DNA of 64,000 nt from an uncultured bacterium (GTDB lineage Bacteria; Patescibacteriota; Saccharimonadia; Saccharimonadales; 2-12-FULL-41-12): positions 469,523-533,522 of the forward strand of contig CAWIAU010000001.1 of NCBI GenBank assembly GCA_963834265.1, written 5' to 3'. Below, in pieces: positions 46,766 through 58,618 of the stretch (its first letter is position 1; each line of letters opens with the position of its first letter). Both the position numbers and the translations under genes were made by a program. The notes below the pieces were generated by a model, which did no database searches, was not told where the DNA came from, and saw only the letters and a program-made list of their open reading frames with translations.

Positions 46766-49603
46766 CTAACGAATATTTTTCTTCGAAAACATCATGATTA
46801 ACAAAGCCGAAATAAGAGGTGCGAATAAAACGGGCGGAAGCTTCAGGATGGCTACGCCTAAAATAATCGTTAGTGCCACCCAAAGCAGGCCATTCTTTCT
46901 GGAAATACGCGAACGTAAGTACTCGGCACCCAGATAGTAATATGGAAAGACAGTAATGACCAGGAATGTGCTGGAAAGCAAGCCGCAGATCAGGACTACG
47001 GCCAGTCCCTCCCAGAATGGACTGGCGATAGCTAACGGTATGAGAGAGAAAACAGCAGTCAAACTGGTAGCAATCAGTGGGCGGAACCGTTCTGCCAAAG
47101 CTTCGTGTGCAGCATCCACAGCCCCCCTACCTGCTCGTCTGGCTTGATTGGCGTAATCGACCAGAAGTATCGTATTTTTAAGACTAAGTCCTATCAGGGC
47201 AAAGAAGCCTAATGCCGAAAAGAAACTGAAGGGATTATTGGATAGATACAATCCCAGTGCAATCCCGAAGAAGCTGAATGGCAATGCCATAAAGATCAGT
47301 AACGGCTGGAGCAGGCTGCGGAACTGTGTGGCGAGTAATAAGTACATAACCAACAGTAATAACGGAAATGCAATGGCGAGGGTTTTGAAGCTATCCTGGT
47401 TTTCCTGTTCCTGACCTAATTCGAATGTTAAAGCCCTTTTGTCTAAGCCATAGGCTGCAACCCGGCTTTCGGAAAATTCTTTTTCCAGCTTTCCCTTCAA
47501 TATTGTGAACAGTGCCGAGGTGTCTTTATCTGCGAATTTCACATTCACGCCGATATATTGCGTATTGTCATTTCTGGTAAAAATACTGGTATTATCTACG
47601 CTCACGTTCTCAATTCTGGCAATAGTACCATTCGGACGTTTTATCTCAGTTTTCTGTATGTAAGCTGCCAGGTCTTCGGCAAATTTTTGAGAGGCGCTAC
47701 GATCTTTGCCGGCATCCACGTGAGCGCTGAACTGTCCCTCGGGTCCTCCGGCTCCCAGCTGCCCGACTTTTACCTGTGCCTCATCAAAGTTATTGAACTT
47801 CTGCTGTAAATCAGCGGCTATTTGGGGTGATGCGATGTCCCTTTCTTTATAACTAAGCAGATTTATCGTGAGTGTAGCGCTGGATACGTTGGCTTGACCA
47901 TAATACGACGCACGGGCAAAATTATCCTTGAGGTCATCGCCGACTAAGCTGTTTGTCTTATCGGCAATATTCTCAGCCTTTTCAATATTGGTATCAGGAG
48001 AAAACGTCAATGTTACCTGAAGTTGATTGCTATCCTTTTCCGGCGGGAAGATATTAAATTTAACATTTTGTTTAAAAATAAATACTCCCGCGCCGATGAA
48101 TCCAAAGCCAACCACTACTGCAGTTATCACTACAGTTAACAATTTCTTGTGAGAGTTTCTGGCCCACAACATTGGCGCGGAAATGAATCGGGCAATGCGA
48201 GCCTCTATGCCTGCTGAAGTTTCATGAACATTTTTGGCCCCCATTTGTTTTTTGCCGAGCAGGAAGAAGCGGGAAAAGAGCGGGATAAAAACCAAAGCAA
48301 CCAGCAAACTTATGAGGAGTGCGGAAATGATTGTTATCGGTATAGCGCGGATAAAGCTGCCCAGGATCCCGCCAACAAATAGAAACGGCGCAAAACTAAG
48401 TGCTGCGGTCAGTGTGGCTGCGACCATAGCTTTGCCTATCTTGCGGGTAGCAACAGAAATTGCTTGTTTAGCATCTCTTTGCCGTCGGCGCTGCGAATCG
48501 ATCGCTTCGGACATGATAATTGTATCGTCAACAATCAGCGATAGTCCCAGAACCAGCGAGAACAGTGTAATAGTATTTAGCGTATAGCCTATGGCGTAAA
48601 GTAATGCATTGACCGCGGCTATGACCGTAACCATGGCAATAACCGTAATGACAGATGCCCTGATAGCAATCAGAATTGATCCGACCACCAGAATAACTGC
48701 CAAACCCTCTAACAGGGCTTTTTGCAGCTCACTGATTTGACTTTTGATATCCGGTGCATAACTAGCACTTATAACTGCTATATAATCCTTAAATTCCGGA
48801 TTGGCATTGAGTTTGCCTATCGCTTCCCTGACTTGTTTATCAAGTTCAATGTTATCAGTTTTGTCCGGAGCACTTATGCCGATCAAAGCCGCAGGATAAA
48901 AATTACTCTGGTTATTACTTCGTTCTCCATACCGATCAAAGCTCTTTTTAGTTAGCTGGGACTGTCCTGTTGCCGGATTGATAGCCGACTCATACTGCTC
49001 CAGAGCCGATACTCCATCTACAAGCGGGAGATTTTGTGATTTTATGAACCCGGAAGCTTTTTTAGCCTGTTCAACTAATTTCTCATTGGGGACAGCACTG
49101 TCTTTTGCATAAAAAGCTACAACCAGATCATCGCCACGTTCGGTAAAGCCGAATTTGTAGGCTTCCAGATTTATTGTTGCCTGTTGCGGCAGAATATGAC
49201 TGTCAGTAATCTCCCGCGCAAGTTCTGAGCTTCGTGATTCGGCATTTACGTTTTCGTTATAGATAACCTGTGCCGAATAATAATTATCGAAACTCTGGGT
49301 CTGTACTGTCTTGACTCCGTCTTTTTTGAGCAGGAATTCGCTTAGCGGTTTGCTGATATCCTGGTCGACTTTGGCAGGATCGTTCACCAGGTAGCTGCCT
49401 TTGGCCAGAGCCAGCGGGGTTTCGATGGATGGGAAGCCTTCACGCTTGAGCAGTGTGCTATAGCTCAATGCTCCGAAGATAACAATAAGAAGCCATAAAA
49501 ATGCAGTCCTGCGCGGCCTGTTAAAGAAAAACAGACTTAATTTCTGCAATCTATTCAGATCTGTTTTTTCGGTTGTTTTACGCCTCGTACGAAATACAGT
49601 CAT
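46766..49603 (-). CDS. RND efflux permease (AcrB/AcrD/AcrF-like)
   Basis: REGFP, IVDD, KN.ILLVD, RFRPL..TS; two sets of TM helices. Confidence 0.88.
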   Translation of the reverse strand: MTVFRTRRKTTEKTDLNRLQKLSLFFFNRPRRTAFLWLLIVIFGALSYSTLLKREGFPSIETPLALAKGSYLVNDPAKVDQDISKPLSEFLLKKDGVKTVQTQSFDNYYSAQVIYNENVNAESRSSELAREITDSHILPQQATINLEAYKFGFTERGDDLVVAFYAKDSAVPNEKLVEQAKKASGFIKSQNLPLVDGVSALEQYESAINPATGQSQLTKKSFDRYGERSNNQSNFYPAALIGISAPDKTDNIELDKQVREAIGKLNANPEFKDYIAVISASYAPDIKSQISELQKALLEGLAVILVVGSILIAIRASVITVIAMVTVIAAVNALLYAIGYTLNTITLFSLVLGLSLIVDDTIIMSEAIDSQRRRQRDAKQAISVATRKIGKAMVAATLTAALSFAPFLFVGGILGSFIRAIPITIISALLISLLVALVFIPLFSRFFLLGKKQMGAKNVHETSAGIEARIARFISAPMLWARNSHKKLLTVVITAVVVGFGFIGAGVFIFKQNVKFNIFPPEKDSNQLQVTLTFSPDTNIEKAENIADKTNSLVGDDLKDNFARASYYGQANVSSATLTINLLSYKERDIASPQIAADLQQKFNNFDEAQVKVGQLGAGGPEGQFSAHVDAGKDRSASQKFAEDLAAYIQKTEIKRPNGTIARIENVSVDNTSIFTRNDNTQYIGVNVKFADKDTSALFTILKGKLEKEFSESRVAAYGLDKRALTFELGQEQENQDSFKTLAIAFPLLLLVMYLLLATQFRSLLQPLLIFMALPFSFFGIALGLYLSNNPFSFFSALGFFALIGLSLKNTILLVDYANQARRAGRGAVDAAHEALAERFRPLIATSLTAVFSLIPLAIASPFWEGLAVVLICGLLSSTFLVITVFPYYYLGAEYLRSRISRKNGLLWVALTIILGVAILKLPPVLFAPLISALLIMMFSKKNIR

Positions 49604-49649
49604 TGCTCCGTTACTTCCGGGAAAATTTACTATTCACTATACAGTAAAT

Positions 49650-50021
49650 TTACCGGAAGCAATAAAATGAGTAATAATCAGGGATCTGTTTAACAGCTAA
49701 CCGAGAAGCTCTCCATGGATGTTCAATAGGGCCGTCAGGTAATGGAGCAGACTCTATGTAGTTTCCACCATCGAGAACAGATCCGAGGGTAGGATGAGGA
49801 GCAACACCACCAGCTAACTGATCTCCCGTCATGACCTGTTGAGTGCCGTCAAGGCCGGGTTCGAATTCGCCGATCTCAGGCGCGGATTCTGTTCTTGCTC
49901 TTAGTTGTATGGACAAGCTGGCACCTACTGCCTCAAATGCAATTTGAGCAAGTTCCCCTATAGCCCCTAATTTGGGGGAGATTTTCAACTCAGCGCCATT
50001 CTCATGTTCCGGATCTGTCAT
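49650..50021 (-). CDS. Hypothetical orphan protein
   Basis: ORF probably starting MTDPEH just downstream of a TTGACT promoter. Confidence 0.5.
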   Translation of the reverse strand: MTDPEHENGAELKISPKLGAIGELAQIAFEAVGASLSIQLRARTESAPEIGEFEPGLDGTQQVMTGDQLAGGVAPHPTLGSVLDGGNYIESAPLPDGPIEHPWRASRLAVKQIPDYYSFYCFR

Positions 50022-50073
50022 ATATAATAACAATAGCACAAAATATTAACGAAGTCAATATGCGGGCTCTGAT

Positions 50074-50805
50074 CTATCGATATTCGGGATTTTCGAAATC
50101 GAAGCGGGCACCGGCATCCCACTGTGAGCGCTGATTACCGTAGGCCGGAATTCCTCCATTATTTTTCAACATTTGGGCTATATGCATCAGGTTCCATGTC
50201 ATAAATGTTGTGTTGCGGTTGGTGAAGTCATTATCAAGGCCGATAGGTGTGCCATCTTCCCTCATGTCACCATAGCTCGGTCCTGGTCCAGCCTCTCCGA
50301 TCCACCCGGCATCAGCTTGCGGCGGAATGGTATAGCCGATGTGCTGCAGGCTGTAGAGAATGTTCTGCGTACAATGCTTGATGCCATCTTCATTGCCGGT
50401 AATCAGCGCACCGCCCACTTTGCCGTAGTATGCATACTGGCCAGCCTCATTGAGCTCACTGGAGTTACCGTACAGCCGCTCGATCACCTGCTTCATTATC
50501 GAGCTATTGTCTCCCAGCCAGATCGGCCCTCCCAGCACTAATATGTCCGCTGCCTGAACCTTCTTATATATATCCGGCCATTCGTCAACCTTCCAGCCGT
50601 GTTCCCGCATATCAGGATAGATTCCGGTTGCGATCTGATGATCAATTGCACGAATAGTTTGTACTTCTACTCCGTTTTTTTGCATAATCTTACAGCTGAT
50701 TTCAATTAAAAGATCAGTATGACTCGGATTCGGGGACTTAGTAAGCGTACAGTTGAAATATAATGCTTTCAATCCGCTGAAATCATATTTTTTGGTCTTA
50801 TTCAT
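50074..50805 (-). CDS. Flavodoxin-like NAD(P)H-dependent FMN reductase family
   Basis: NCTL..SP..SHT, ADILVLG.PIWLG, GKVGG..ITGNEDG. Confidence 0.85.
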   Translation of the reverse strand: MNKTKKYDFSGLKALYFNCTLTKSPNPSHTDLLIEISCKIMQKNGVEVQTIRAIDHQIATGIYPDMREHGWKVDEWPDIYKKVQAADILVLGGPIWLGDNSSIMKQVIERLYGNSSELNEAGQYAYYGKVGGALITGNEDGIKHCTQNILYSLQHIGYTIPPQADAGWIGEAGPGPSYGDMREDGTPIGLDNDFTNRNTTFMTWNLMHIAQMLKNNGGIPAYGNQRSQWDAGARFDFENPEYR

Positions 50806-50819
50806 GTCTATTCCTCAAA

Positions 50820-51575
50820 TTAGTTTGCCTTTATTAACTCCAACAATTCATTATGGACCCTGCCATTACTGATAAGGGCGCCGTTGATCGGCTGGTCATA
50901 CCTCTGCTCATTACCTTCCAGATCTGTAACTTTGCCGCCTGCTTCTTCGATAATTACTTTGGTAGCAGCAACATCGTGAGAGTGTTTACCGCTATGTATA
51001 TGAGCGGCAAACTGTCCCGCAGCTACCATCATCGAGCTATACACACAGGAGTACATTATAAAGATTCTTAGTTTGCGTTCCTTGATAGCATTATAGCAAC
51101 CAAGGCTGTTATGACTAGAGAACCCCAGAGGGGTAAGCGGGTCCAGTTTGTCGGAATTTACCTGTATTTTAGAGTTATTCATGAAGGCGCCTTTGCCCTT
51201 TTCCGCGCTGAACATCCGCCTGAGGTAGGGATCATAAACGACACCCGCGATTGGTACGCCGTCAATTGCCAGTGCCAGTGAGAATACATTAGTCGGTATA
51301 CCATACGCGTACGGAATAGTGCCGTCTATCGGGTCGCAAATCCAAACATATTTGTGGTGATCTTTCTGGCTGCTTTCTTCCTCGCCTCGCACGCCGTGAT
51401 CCGGATAATGCTTAGCGACTTCATCGATTACCATCCTGTTGACGGTTGTATCGGCAATCGTCAGGGGCGAATTGTCAGCTTTGTTTTCAGTCACCACGCC
51501 GATCTGAAAATGCTCCAGCATGATGTCGCCGGCTTTTAGGGCCAGTTCCTTCGCAAATGTCAGGTAATCACGCAT
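50820..51575 (-). CDS. Inositol monophosphatase family
   Basis: T.AD, GEE, WICDPIDGT, HDVAA..VIIEEAGG. Confidence 0.92.
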   Translation of the reverse strand: MRDYLTFAKELALKAGDIMLEHFQIGVVTENKADNSPLTIADTTVNRMVIDEVAKHYPDHGVRGEEESSQKDHHKYVWICDPIDGTIPYAYGIPTNVFSLALAIDGVPIAGVVYDPYLRRMFSAEKGKGAFMNNSKIQVNSDKLDPLTPLGFSSHNSLGCYNAIKERKLRIFIMYSCVYSSMMVAAGQFAAHIHSGKHSHDVAATKVIIEEAGGKVTDLEGNEQRYDQPINGALISNGRVHNELLELIKAN

Positions 51576-51578
51576 CCC

Positions 51579-52130
51579 CTAAAGTATACTCTCTATAACA
51601 GGTAATATTTCCGGCAATTCCGTAAATCGCGGATCAGTATTGACGCTAAAGTGTTTCATGCCCGTCATTATCACTAACCTGGCGCTCAGTTGCGAGCTTA
51701 AATACTCTGCACCCACCATAGGGCAATGAGGATCATCATCGCTATGTATGAATACAATTTTTGAACATTTTGCCTGAATTTTCTCAAAACTGTATAGTTC
51801 ATGAAACAAATTTTTTAGCGCCGGCCATCCCAGGTCGTCCCTGAATGCGGCAACCAATATCATGCCGCCAACTGATTGATCTAAGGCTTCAATCAGATAT
51901 AAGGCTTCTACCGCTCCCGCAGAGTGGCCGATTATAATCAGGTCTTTGTCAAAGTCGAACGGACTGTTGTCCAGAATATACGGAGTCCATACTTTAGAAT
52001 CGGGTTCACCTGAATTAGGCAAATCAGGTCTCCAGACATGATGGCCCCGGCTTTTCAGCTGCTGATCAAGCCATGGAAACCAGTTTGTTCCTGAACTGCC
52101 GCCCGTTCCGTGCAAAATTATAAAATTCAC
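51579..52130 (-). CDS. RBBP9/YdeN-like serine hydrolase
   Basis: HG..NWFPWL, GHSAG, SDDDP, H. Confidence 0.88.
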   Translation of the reverse strand: MNFIILHGTGGSSGTNWFPWLDQQLKSRGHHVWRPDLPNSGEPDSKVWTPYILDNSPFDFDKDLIIIGHSAGAVEALYLIEALDQSVGGMILVAAFRDDLGWPALKNLFHELYSFEKIQAKCSKIVFIHSDDDPHCPMVGAEYLSSQLSARLVIMTGMKHFSVNTDPRFTELPEILPVIESIL

Positions 52131-52169
52131 AATATCGCCATAACTTTATTTTATCAAACATATAAAATA

Positions 52170-53426
<1,257 letters not shown>

Positions 53427-53483
53427 CTATGCTTGCATAGGAACAACTGTTTTAGTATTGTTCTTGGAAAAGGAGACATAATT

Positions 53484-54050
53484 ATGGGCAAATATGATAG
53501 TGAACTTGGACGCCATAGGCCCTATACAGCCGGAGAAAAAGTCAGAAGATTTATAGGAGGAAGTGTGGCGCTCGGCTTGGCATATGTTACTCCGTGGGGG
53601 CATGCTGATAAACCGCTAATACTTAAAGACGGCAAGCAGACAGCATTAGCAGAATATAGAGATCATTACAGAACGCAGAGTCCCGCTGGTAAATTTGCTT
53701 TACAATATCTAATGACAACCACAATAGTTGTGACGTCTGAAGGAGGATCTGGGATAAGGGATTTAATGTCTGCCGATAAGAAATTCGGATTCGATATTAA
53801 TAATGGCTGCTTGGAAGATAGCTCCTATGATATCGATGGTGGAATTGGATCGCCGTCTGCAGTAGCAACACCGCATGTTGATAGAAATCATCCCGATGTA
53901 CTGACCATTACAGCTGGTAAAGGCAACGAGGAGCCTTTGGTGTTTAGGGGTGTCATAGAGAGAGATAAGTTAATTCCCGTAGGTGGCTACACAGAAGATG
54001 CGCTTAGTAGTACTTTTGAATGCCAAACAGGTATAGTTAGCTCCTCTTAG
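53484..54050 (+). CDS. Hypothetical orphan protein with an N-terminal TM
   Basis: Start reassigned to MGKYD after AAGGAG; the longer track ORF overlaps tgt. Confidence 0.6.
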   Translation: MGKYDSELGRHRPYTAGEKVRRFIGGSVALGLAYVTPWGHADKPLILKDGKQTALAEYRDHYRTQSPAGKFALQYLMTTTIVVTSEGGSGIRDLMSADKKFGFDINNGCLEDSSYDIDGGIGSPSAVATPHVDRNHPDVLTITAGKGNEEPLVFRGVIERDKLIPVGGYTEDALSSTFECQTGIVSSS

Positions 54051-54106
54051 TTAATCTAGGTATTGGGATTTTTGCACCAATAGAGCACATACAGTATACT
54101 TAATAG

Positions 54107-55120
54107 ATGAAAATGACGGACTTTCGGATTGGCACACTTGGTAGCCATTCGGCGCTTCAGATACTCAAAGGTGCGCACGACGAGGGTTTTGAGACTGTAG
54201 TCATTACTGAACATGGCAAATCCAGACCCTACAAGTCCTTTGGTGTAGCCGACACGATTATAGAAGTTGATTCGTTCAATAGCGTTGATAAACTAGAGCC
54301 TCGGCTGATTAAAGAAAAAGTAATACTAATCCCCCACGGTTCATTCTTTAGCGCCTACGGCCTGGAAGCACTGGGCAAAATGAAAGCTATGTACTTCGGC
54401 AACAAAGCGATTCTGCCGTGGGAAGAAGACCGTACGAAACAGCGCGAGTGGCTCAAGAAATCCGGCCTGACCCTGCCTAAAATTTATAAAACACCCGAAG
54501 ATATCGATGGTCCGGTTATCATCAAATTCTTTGGTGCCGGCGGAGGTAAAGGTTACTTCCTGGCGACCAGCACTGCTGAGTTCCATCAAAAGATCAAACC
54601 ATTCGAAGGACGAAAATATATTATCCAGCAGTATGTAGTCGGTGCGCCGATCTACGTGCACTATTTTTATTCTCCGCTTAATGACGAACTGGAAGTCATG
54701 GGCATGGATAAACGCTACGAAACAAACGTTGACTCTATCGGCCGGATAAGTGCCAAAGATCAGCTGGATCTGAATATTGAGAGTTCATACAACATCATGG
54801 GTAATATGCCTCTGGTGATTCGCGAATCGTTATTGCCGGAAATCTTCGAAATGGGCCAGCGCGTCGTAGACACTTCTAAAAAGCTGGAACCTCACGGGCT
54901 GTTCGGGCCGTTCTGTCTGGAAATGATTGTAACCCCGGAGCTGGAGTTTTATGTATTTGAGATATCGGCCCGTATCGTAGCCGGTACCAATCCATACATC
55001 AACGGTTCGCCCTACACTGATCTGCGGTACAGTGAGCCGATGAGTACCGGCCGGCGGATTGCCCGTGAAATCAAACATTCGATCGATCAGGACAAAATGG
55101 ATATGGTGATACAGCAATGA
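54107..55120 (+). CDS. purP: Formate-dependent FAICAR synthetase (archaeal-type PurP)
   Basis: LGSHSALQILKGA..EGF, PHGSF, GGKGYF, RYE, RESLL, GPFCLE, FEISARIVAGTN. Confidence 0.9.
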   Translation: MKMTDFRIGTLGSHSALQILKGAHDEGFETVVITEHGKSRPYKSFGVADTIIEVDSFNSVDKLEPRLIKEKVILIPHGSFFSAYGLEALGKMKAMYFGNKAILPWEEDRTKQREWLKKSGLTLPKIYKTPEDIDGPVIIKFFGAGGGKGYFLATSTAEFHQKIKPFEGRKYIIQQYVVGAPIYVHYFYSPLNDELEVMGMDKRYETNVDSIGRISAKDQLDLNIESSYNIMGNMPLVIRESLLPEIFEMGQRVVDTSKKLEPHGLFGPFCLEMIVTPELEFYVFEISARIVAGTNPYINGSPYTDLRYSEPMSTGRRIAREIKHSIDQDKMDMVIQQ

Positions 55121-56244
55121 TTACCTCTGACGATATAGGTAAAATTGCTGATGAATATGACAAGTCGAAGATTCGAATAGGAAGTCTGGGCGGACATAGC
55201 GCGCTTGATGTATGTCGTGGGGCCAAAGCCGAAGGATTCGAAACAGTTGTTGTAGCTCAGAAAGGCCGCGAAGAAGTATATAGCAGGCATTACAAAACCC
55301 GGGGCGATCGGGGTTGTGTTGATCATGTGATAGTCGTCGATAAGTTCGCAGATATCGTGAAACCGGAGATTCAGCAACGACTTCGTGATCTGAACGTCAT
55401 TTTCGTACACAGCCGTTATTTCTGGGTATATTGTGATTATAAACAAATCGAAAATGAATTCCTTGTCCCAATCCTGGGTAATCGGGTATTAGTGCGTAAG
55501 GAAGAGCGTGATGAGTCAAACAATCAGTATTTCCTGCTCAGAGAAGCCGGTATCAGACTCCCCCGCCAGTTTGATAAGCCGGAAGATATTGACCGATTGG
55601 TACTAGTAAAGGCAGCTGAGGCTGAACGCAGCTACGAGCGCGCCTTTTTCCTGGTCAATAACTACGCTGATTACAAAGCCAGTTCTGCAAAGATGATTGC
55701 GAGTGGCTACATAAGTGAAGAATCACTGGATGCAGCGGTTATTGAAGAATTTGTTGTCGGACCGCAGGTCAATCTGAACTACTTCTATTCTCCTCTGACA
55801 GATGAGGTTGAGCTGTGCGGTACAGATATTCGCAGGCAAACCAATATTGACGGATTGCTGCGTATGACCGCACCGGAACAGATCGAAGTACTCAAACATG
55901 TCCGGCCCAAATATATAGAGAATGGCCACCAGTCAGTGACTATCAAGGAATCATTACTTGGCAAAGCCTACGAGGCCGGTGAAGCCTTCGTAGCAGCCGT
56001 CAAAAAACACTATCCACCAGGCATGATAGGTCCATTCGCCCTGCAGGGTGCCATTACCGCCGGGCCGCCTACTGAGGAGTTATATGTGTTCGACGTCAGT
56101 ATGCGTATCCCGGGCAGTCCCGGAACGATGTTTACCCCTTATTCCGGGTACATGCACGGCGAAAATATGTCCGTCGGTCGTCGCGTCGCCCGCGAAATCA
56201 AGTGGGCTGTTGAGCAAGATAAGCTCGGATTATTAATTACATAA
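55117..56244 (+). CDS. purP: Second PurP-family ATP-grasp paralog
   Basis: GHSALDV..GAK.EGF, ERAFF, RRQTN.DG, KESLL, GPFALQ, FDVS.RIPGSPG; ATGA overlap with the first copy. Confidence 0.85.
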   Translation: MITSDDIGKIADEYDKSKIRIGSLGGHSALDVCRGAKAEGFETVVVAQKGREEVYSRHYKTRGDRGCVDHVIVVDKFADIVKPEIQQRLRDLNVIFVHSRYFWVYCDYKQIENEFLVPILGNRVLVRKEERDESNNQYFLLREAGIRLPRQFDKPEDIDRLVLVKAAEAERSYERAFFLVNNYADYKASSAKMIASGYISEESLDAAVIEEFVVGPQVNLNYFYSPLTDEVELCGTDIRRQTNIDGLLRMTAPEQIEVLKHVRPKYIENGHQSVTIKESLLGKAYEAGEAFVAAVKKHYPPGMIGPFALQGAITAGPPTEELYVFDVSMRIPGSPGTMFTPYSGYMHGENMSVGRRVAREIKWAVEQDKLGLLIT

Positions 56245-56250
56245 TTTTTT

Positions 56251-56513
56251 TTAAATCAGCTTCAGACCGGCCTGAAGGTCAGCCCGACTTCCTTTTTGTG
56301 CCAACAAAAACGAAGCGAAAAAATGGCAGGACTCGAAAAGCTTTTTTATGATCTCATTGTCAAAAAGCACAATGCCCGGCAAACTTGATATTTCTTTTAT
56401 TAATTTTTACAGAATAAAATATCTTCAAACACTGCCTCGACTCTATTTGTGCTTTTGACACTCGCTCATCAGGAAGCTTTTCGGGCCTGGCAAAAACCAT
56501 GGACTGAAGTATT
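56251..56513 (+). repeat. Structured intergenic element, type A (solo)
   Basis: aaatcagcttca start; cgaaaag..cttttcgggcctg long hairpin; ends ccatggactgaagtatt. Confidence 0.87.
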
Positions 56514-56553
56514 ATTAAACTGAATAATGAAGAAATAAATAAAAAAGGGGATA

Positions 56554-57669
56554 TTACCTGACTGCTACGTAAACGTCTGATGTTTCAACTTTGCGCATTA
56601 CTATTTGCAGCAACTGCATGCGCCGGGATCGAAATGCCCCGGCACAGGAAAGCAAGTAAAAATTCCACATGCGATAGAACCGTTCGTCGTACTTATCGCT
56701 AATTTCGTCGTAATGATCCACGAAGTTCGCATGCCAGGCCATGAGTGTTTTGTCGTAATATGGACCGAAGTTATGGATGTCTTCGATAATTAATTTTTTC
56801 TCTATTGCCTGGCTAATTTGAGTTAATGATGGTATTACGCCACCGGGAAAAATATATTTATCTATCCATGGGTCGACAAACTTTGTGGAGCGATTATTGC
56901 TAATCATGTGATGAAGCATTAGGCCTCCATCGTTTAACATGTCTTTGCACTGCTTAAAGAATGCGGCGTAATTTTTGGGTCCTACGTGTTCCATGATACC
57001 TATCGATACGATACGGTCGTAGAAGCCGCTTACGTCCCGGTAATCCTTTTCCTCAATAATTACGGGTAAACCCTTGCTGCGTTCCCTGGCCACTATAACC
57101 TGTTCGGCAGCCGGGGTGACGGCCGTAACCCTAACACCGTAATTGCGGGCCGCATATTCTGCGAATCCACCCCAACCGCAACCAAGGTCTAACAGGCTCA
57201 TTCCTTTTTTGAGATACAGTTTCCGGCATACTAAATCCATTTTTGCTTTCTGAGCTTCTTCTAAAGTATCAACGTCTTTCCAGTAAGCGCAAGTATACAT
57301 CATACTCTTGTCAAGCATGCGTTTGTACAGATCATTGCCAATTTCATAATGGTGAGAGGCATTTTGTGCGGATTTTCTGTAGGACTGTGGATTGGACAGC
57401 ATAGCACCAAGAAACGACTGGACCATCGCCGGGCTAATTTTTGCCTTTTCTCTGACATTTGCTTCCATAAGACGGGCTACGAATTCATCAAGACGCTCTA
57501 CGTCCCACCAGCCGTCCATATAAGATTCGCCGATACCAAGCTCACGCCTGGATAGAACACTTTTATAAAAGCGGTCATCGTGAACCTGAATGTCGAATGG
57601 TCTGCCGCCGTCGATTTTCACATCACCCAGAGATAGCAGATATTTTACAGTATTTTTTGCATCGGACAT
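56554..57669 (-). CDS. cfa: Cyclopropane fatty-acyl phospholipid synthase
   Basis: HY.IGNDLY, YTCAYW, LDLGCGWGG, EHVG, KYIFPGG, ERFYRMW.FYL; start set at MSDAK. Confidence 0.93.
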   Translation of the reverse strand: MSDAKNTVKYLLSLGDVKIDGGRPFDIQVHDDRFYKSVLSRRELGIGESYMDGWWDVERLDEFVARLMEANVREKAKISPAMVQSFLGAMLSNPQSYRKSAQNASHHYEIGNDLYKRMLDKSMMYTCAYWKDVDTLEEAQKAKMDLVCRKLYLKKGMSLLDLGCGWGGFAEYAARNYGVRVTAVTPAAEQVIVARERSKGLPVIIEEKDYRDVSGFYDRIVSIGIMEHVGPKNYAAFFKQCKDMLNDGGLMLHHMISNNRSTKFVDPWIDKYIFPGGVIPSLTQISQAIEKKLIIEDIHNFGPYYDKTLMAWHANFVDHYDEISDKYDERFYRMWNFYLLSCAGAFRSRRMQLLQIVMRKVETSDVYVAVR

Positions 57670-57861
57670 AAGGCGTAGTATATACGCCAGACCTATTGGC
57701 CCCCAAGATCTATCTTCCATGAAACGCTGATATTTAATATTCAATTTCTATATCTAAACAGCTTTTAGTTACTAACTTTGACTGTTTTCAAAGTATAAGT
57801 GGTTTACTCAGTTTTTGGACTGTGTTACGGTTGTAGTATCAGGAATGTGTGAGGAGGTGTT

Positions 57862-58605
57862 ATGAAAAAAGTTAAATTAATATTAATAGCGGGGCTTATG
57901 GTTACTGGCCTGGCTGCCCTTATTAAGACTGGTGATGCCGAAGCTTATACCTGTCTTACTCCTTCATCTGCTAATCCGTCTATCACTGTCAGTGGCACTA
58001 CGGCAACCGCAAATTTTACACTCCCAAAGGGCTGTAAGAATATTGATGTTTCACTAGTCTCATACAAAGCGCCGAACGGCACGGACGGCAAGCCTTTTGA
58101 CCAGCAGGTGCTATACAAGTCAGTTACACGGAATTATAACATTGAGGGCCGGCGTGAAATCAAGGTAGAAGTTCCAAACTGTTATTATCAGGTTGATCTG
58201 GTAATCGGGCAGCCGCTGCATAGCTTCGCAGGAGGTGTAACTTATCATGCTCAACACCGTTTCCTTCTGGCTAAACAAGGAGGAACGACCTCTTGTACGC
58301 CGGCTGTAACTCCAACTCCTCCACCGGCTACTCCCGCTACGAGTACACCATCTGCAGTGAGCATTACAAATACGAATACAAATACTAATACGGTAAGCCC
58401 TGCTGCGAAATCTCCTGTGCCTACGCCTGCTCCTGCCCCGACTCCGGAGCCAGTTCCAGATAAGGAACCGTCGGGCAAATTACCGGATACCGGTCCCGGT
58501 ACTATAGCTGCGTTCAGCTTCGGATCGACCTTTATGGGCTCTTTGCTAATGGCTTATCGAAATCGCTTTACCGGCCTTGTGGACCGGATAGCCACGCGTT
58601 TCTAG
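57862..58605 (+). CDS. Secreted LPxTG-type surface protein
   Basis: Signal peptide, Pro/Thr linker, LPDTG followed by a hydrophobic stretch and basic tail. Confidence 0.8.
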   Translation: MKKVKLILIAGLMVTGLAALIKTGDAEAYTCLTPSSANPSITVSGTTATANFTLPKGCKNIDVSLVSYKAPNGTDGKPFDQQVLYKSVTRNYNIEGRREIKVEVPNCYYQVDLVIGQPLHSFAGGVTYHAQHRFLLAKQGGTTSCTPAVTPTPPPATPATSTPSAVSITNTNTNTNTVSPAAKSPVPTPAPAPTPEPVPDKEPSGKLPDTGPGTIAAFSFGSTFMGSLLMAYRNRFTGLVDRIATRF

Positions 58606-58618
58606 AAAAGTTACAGGT

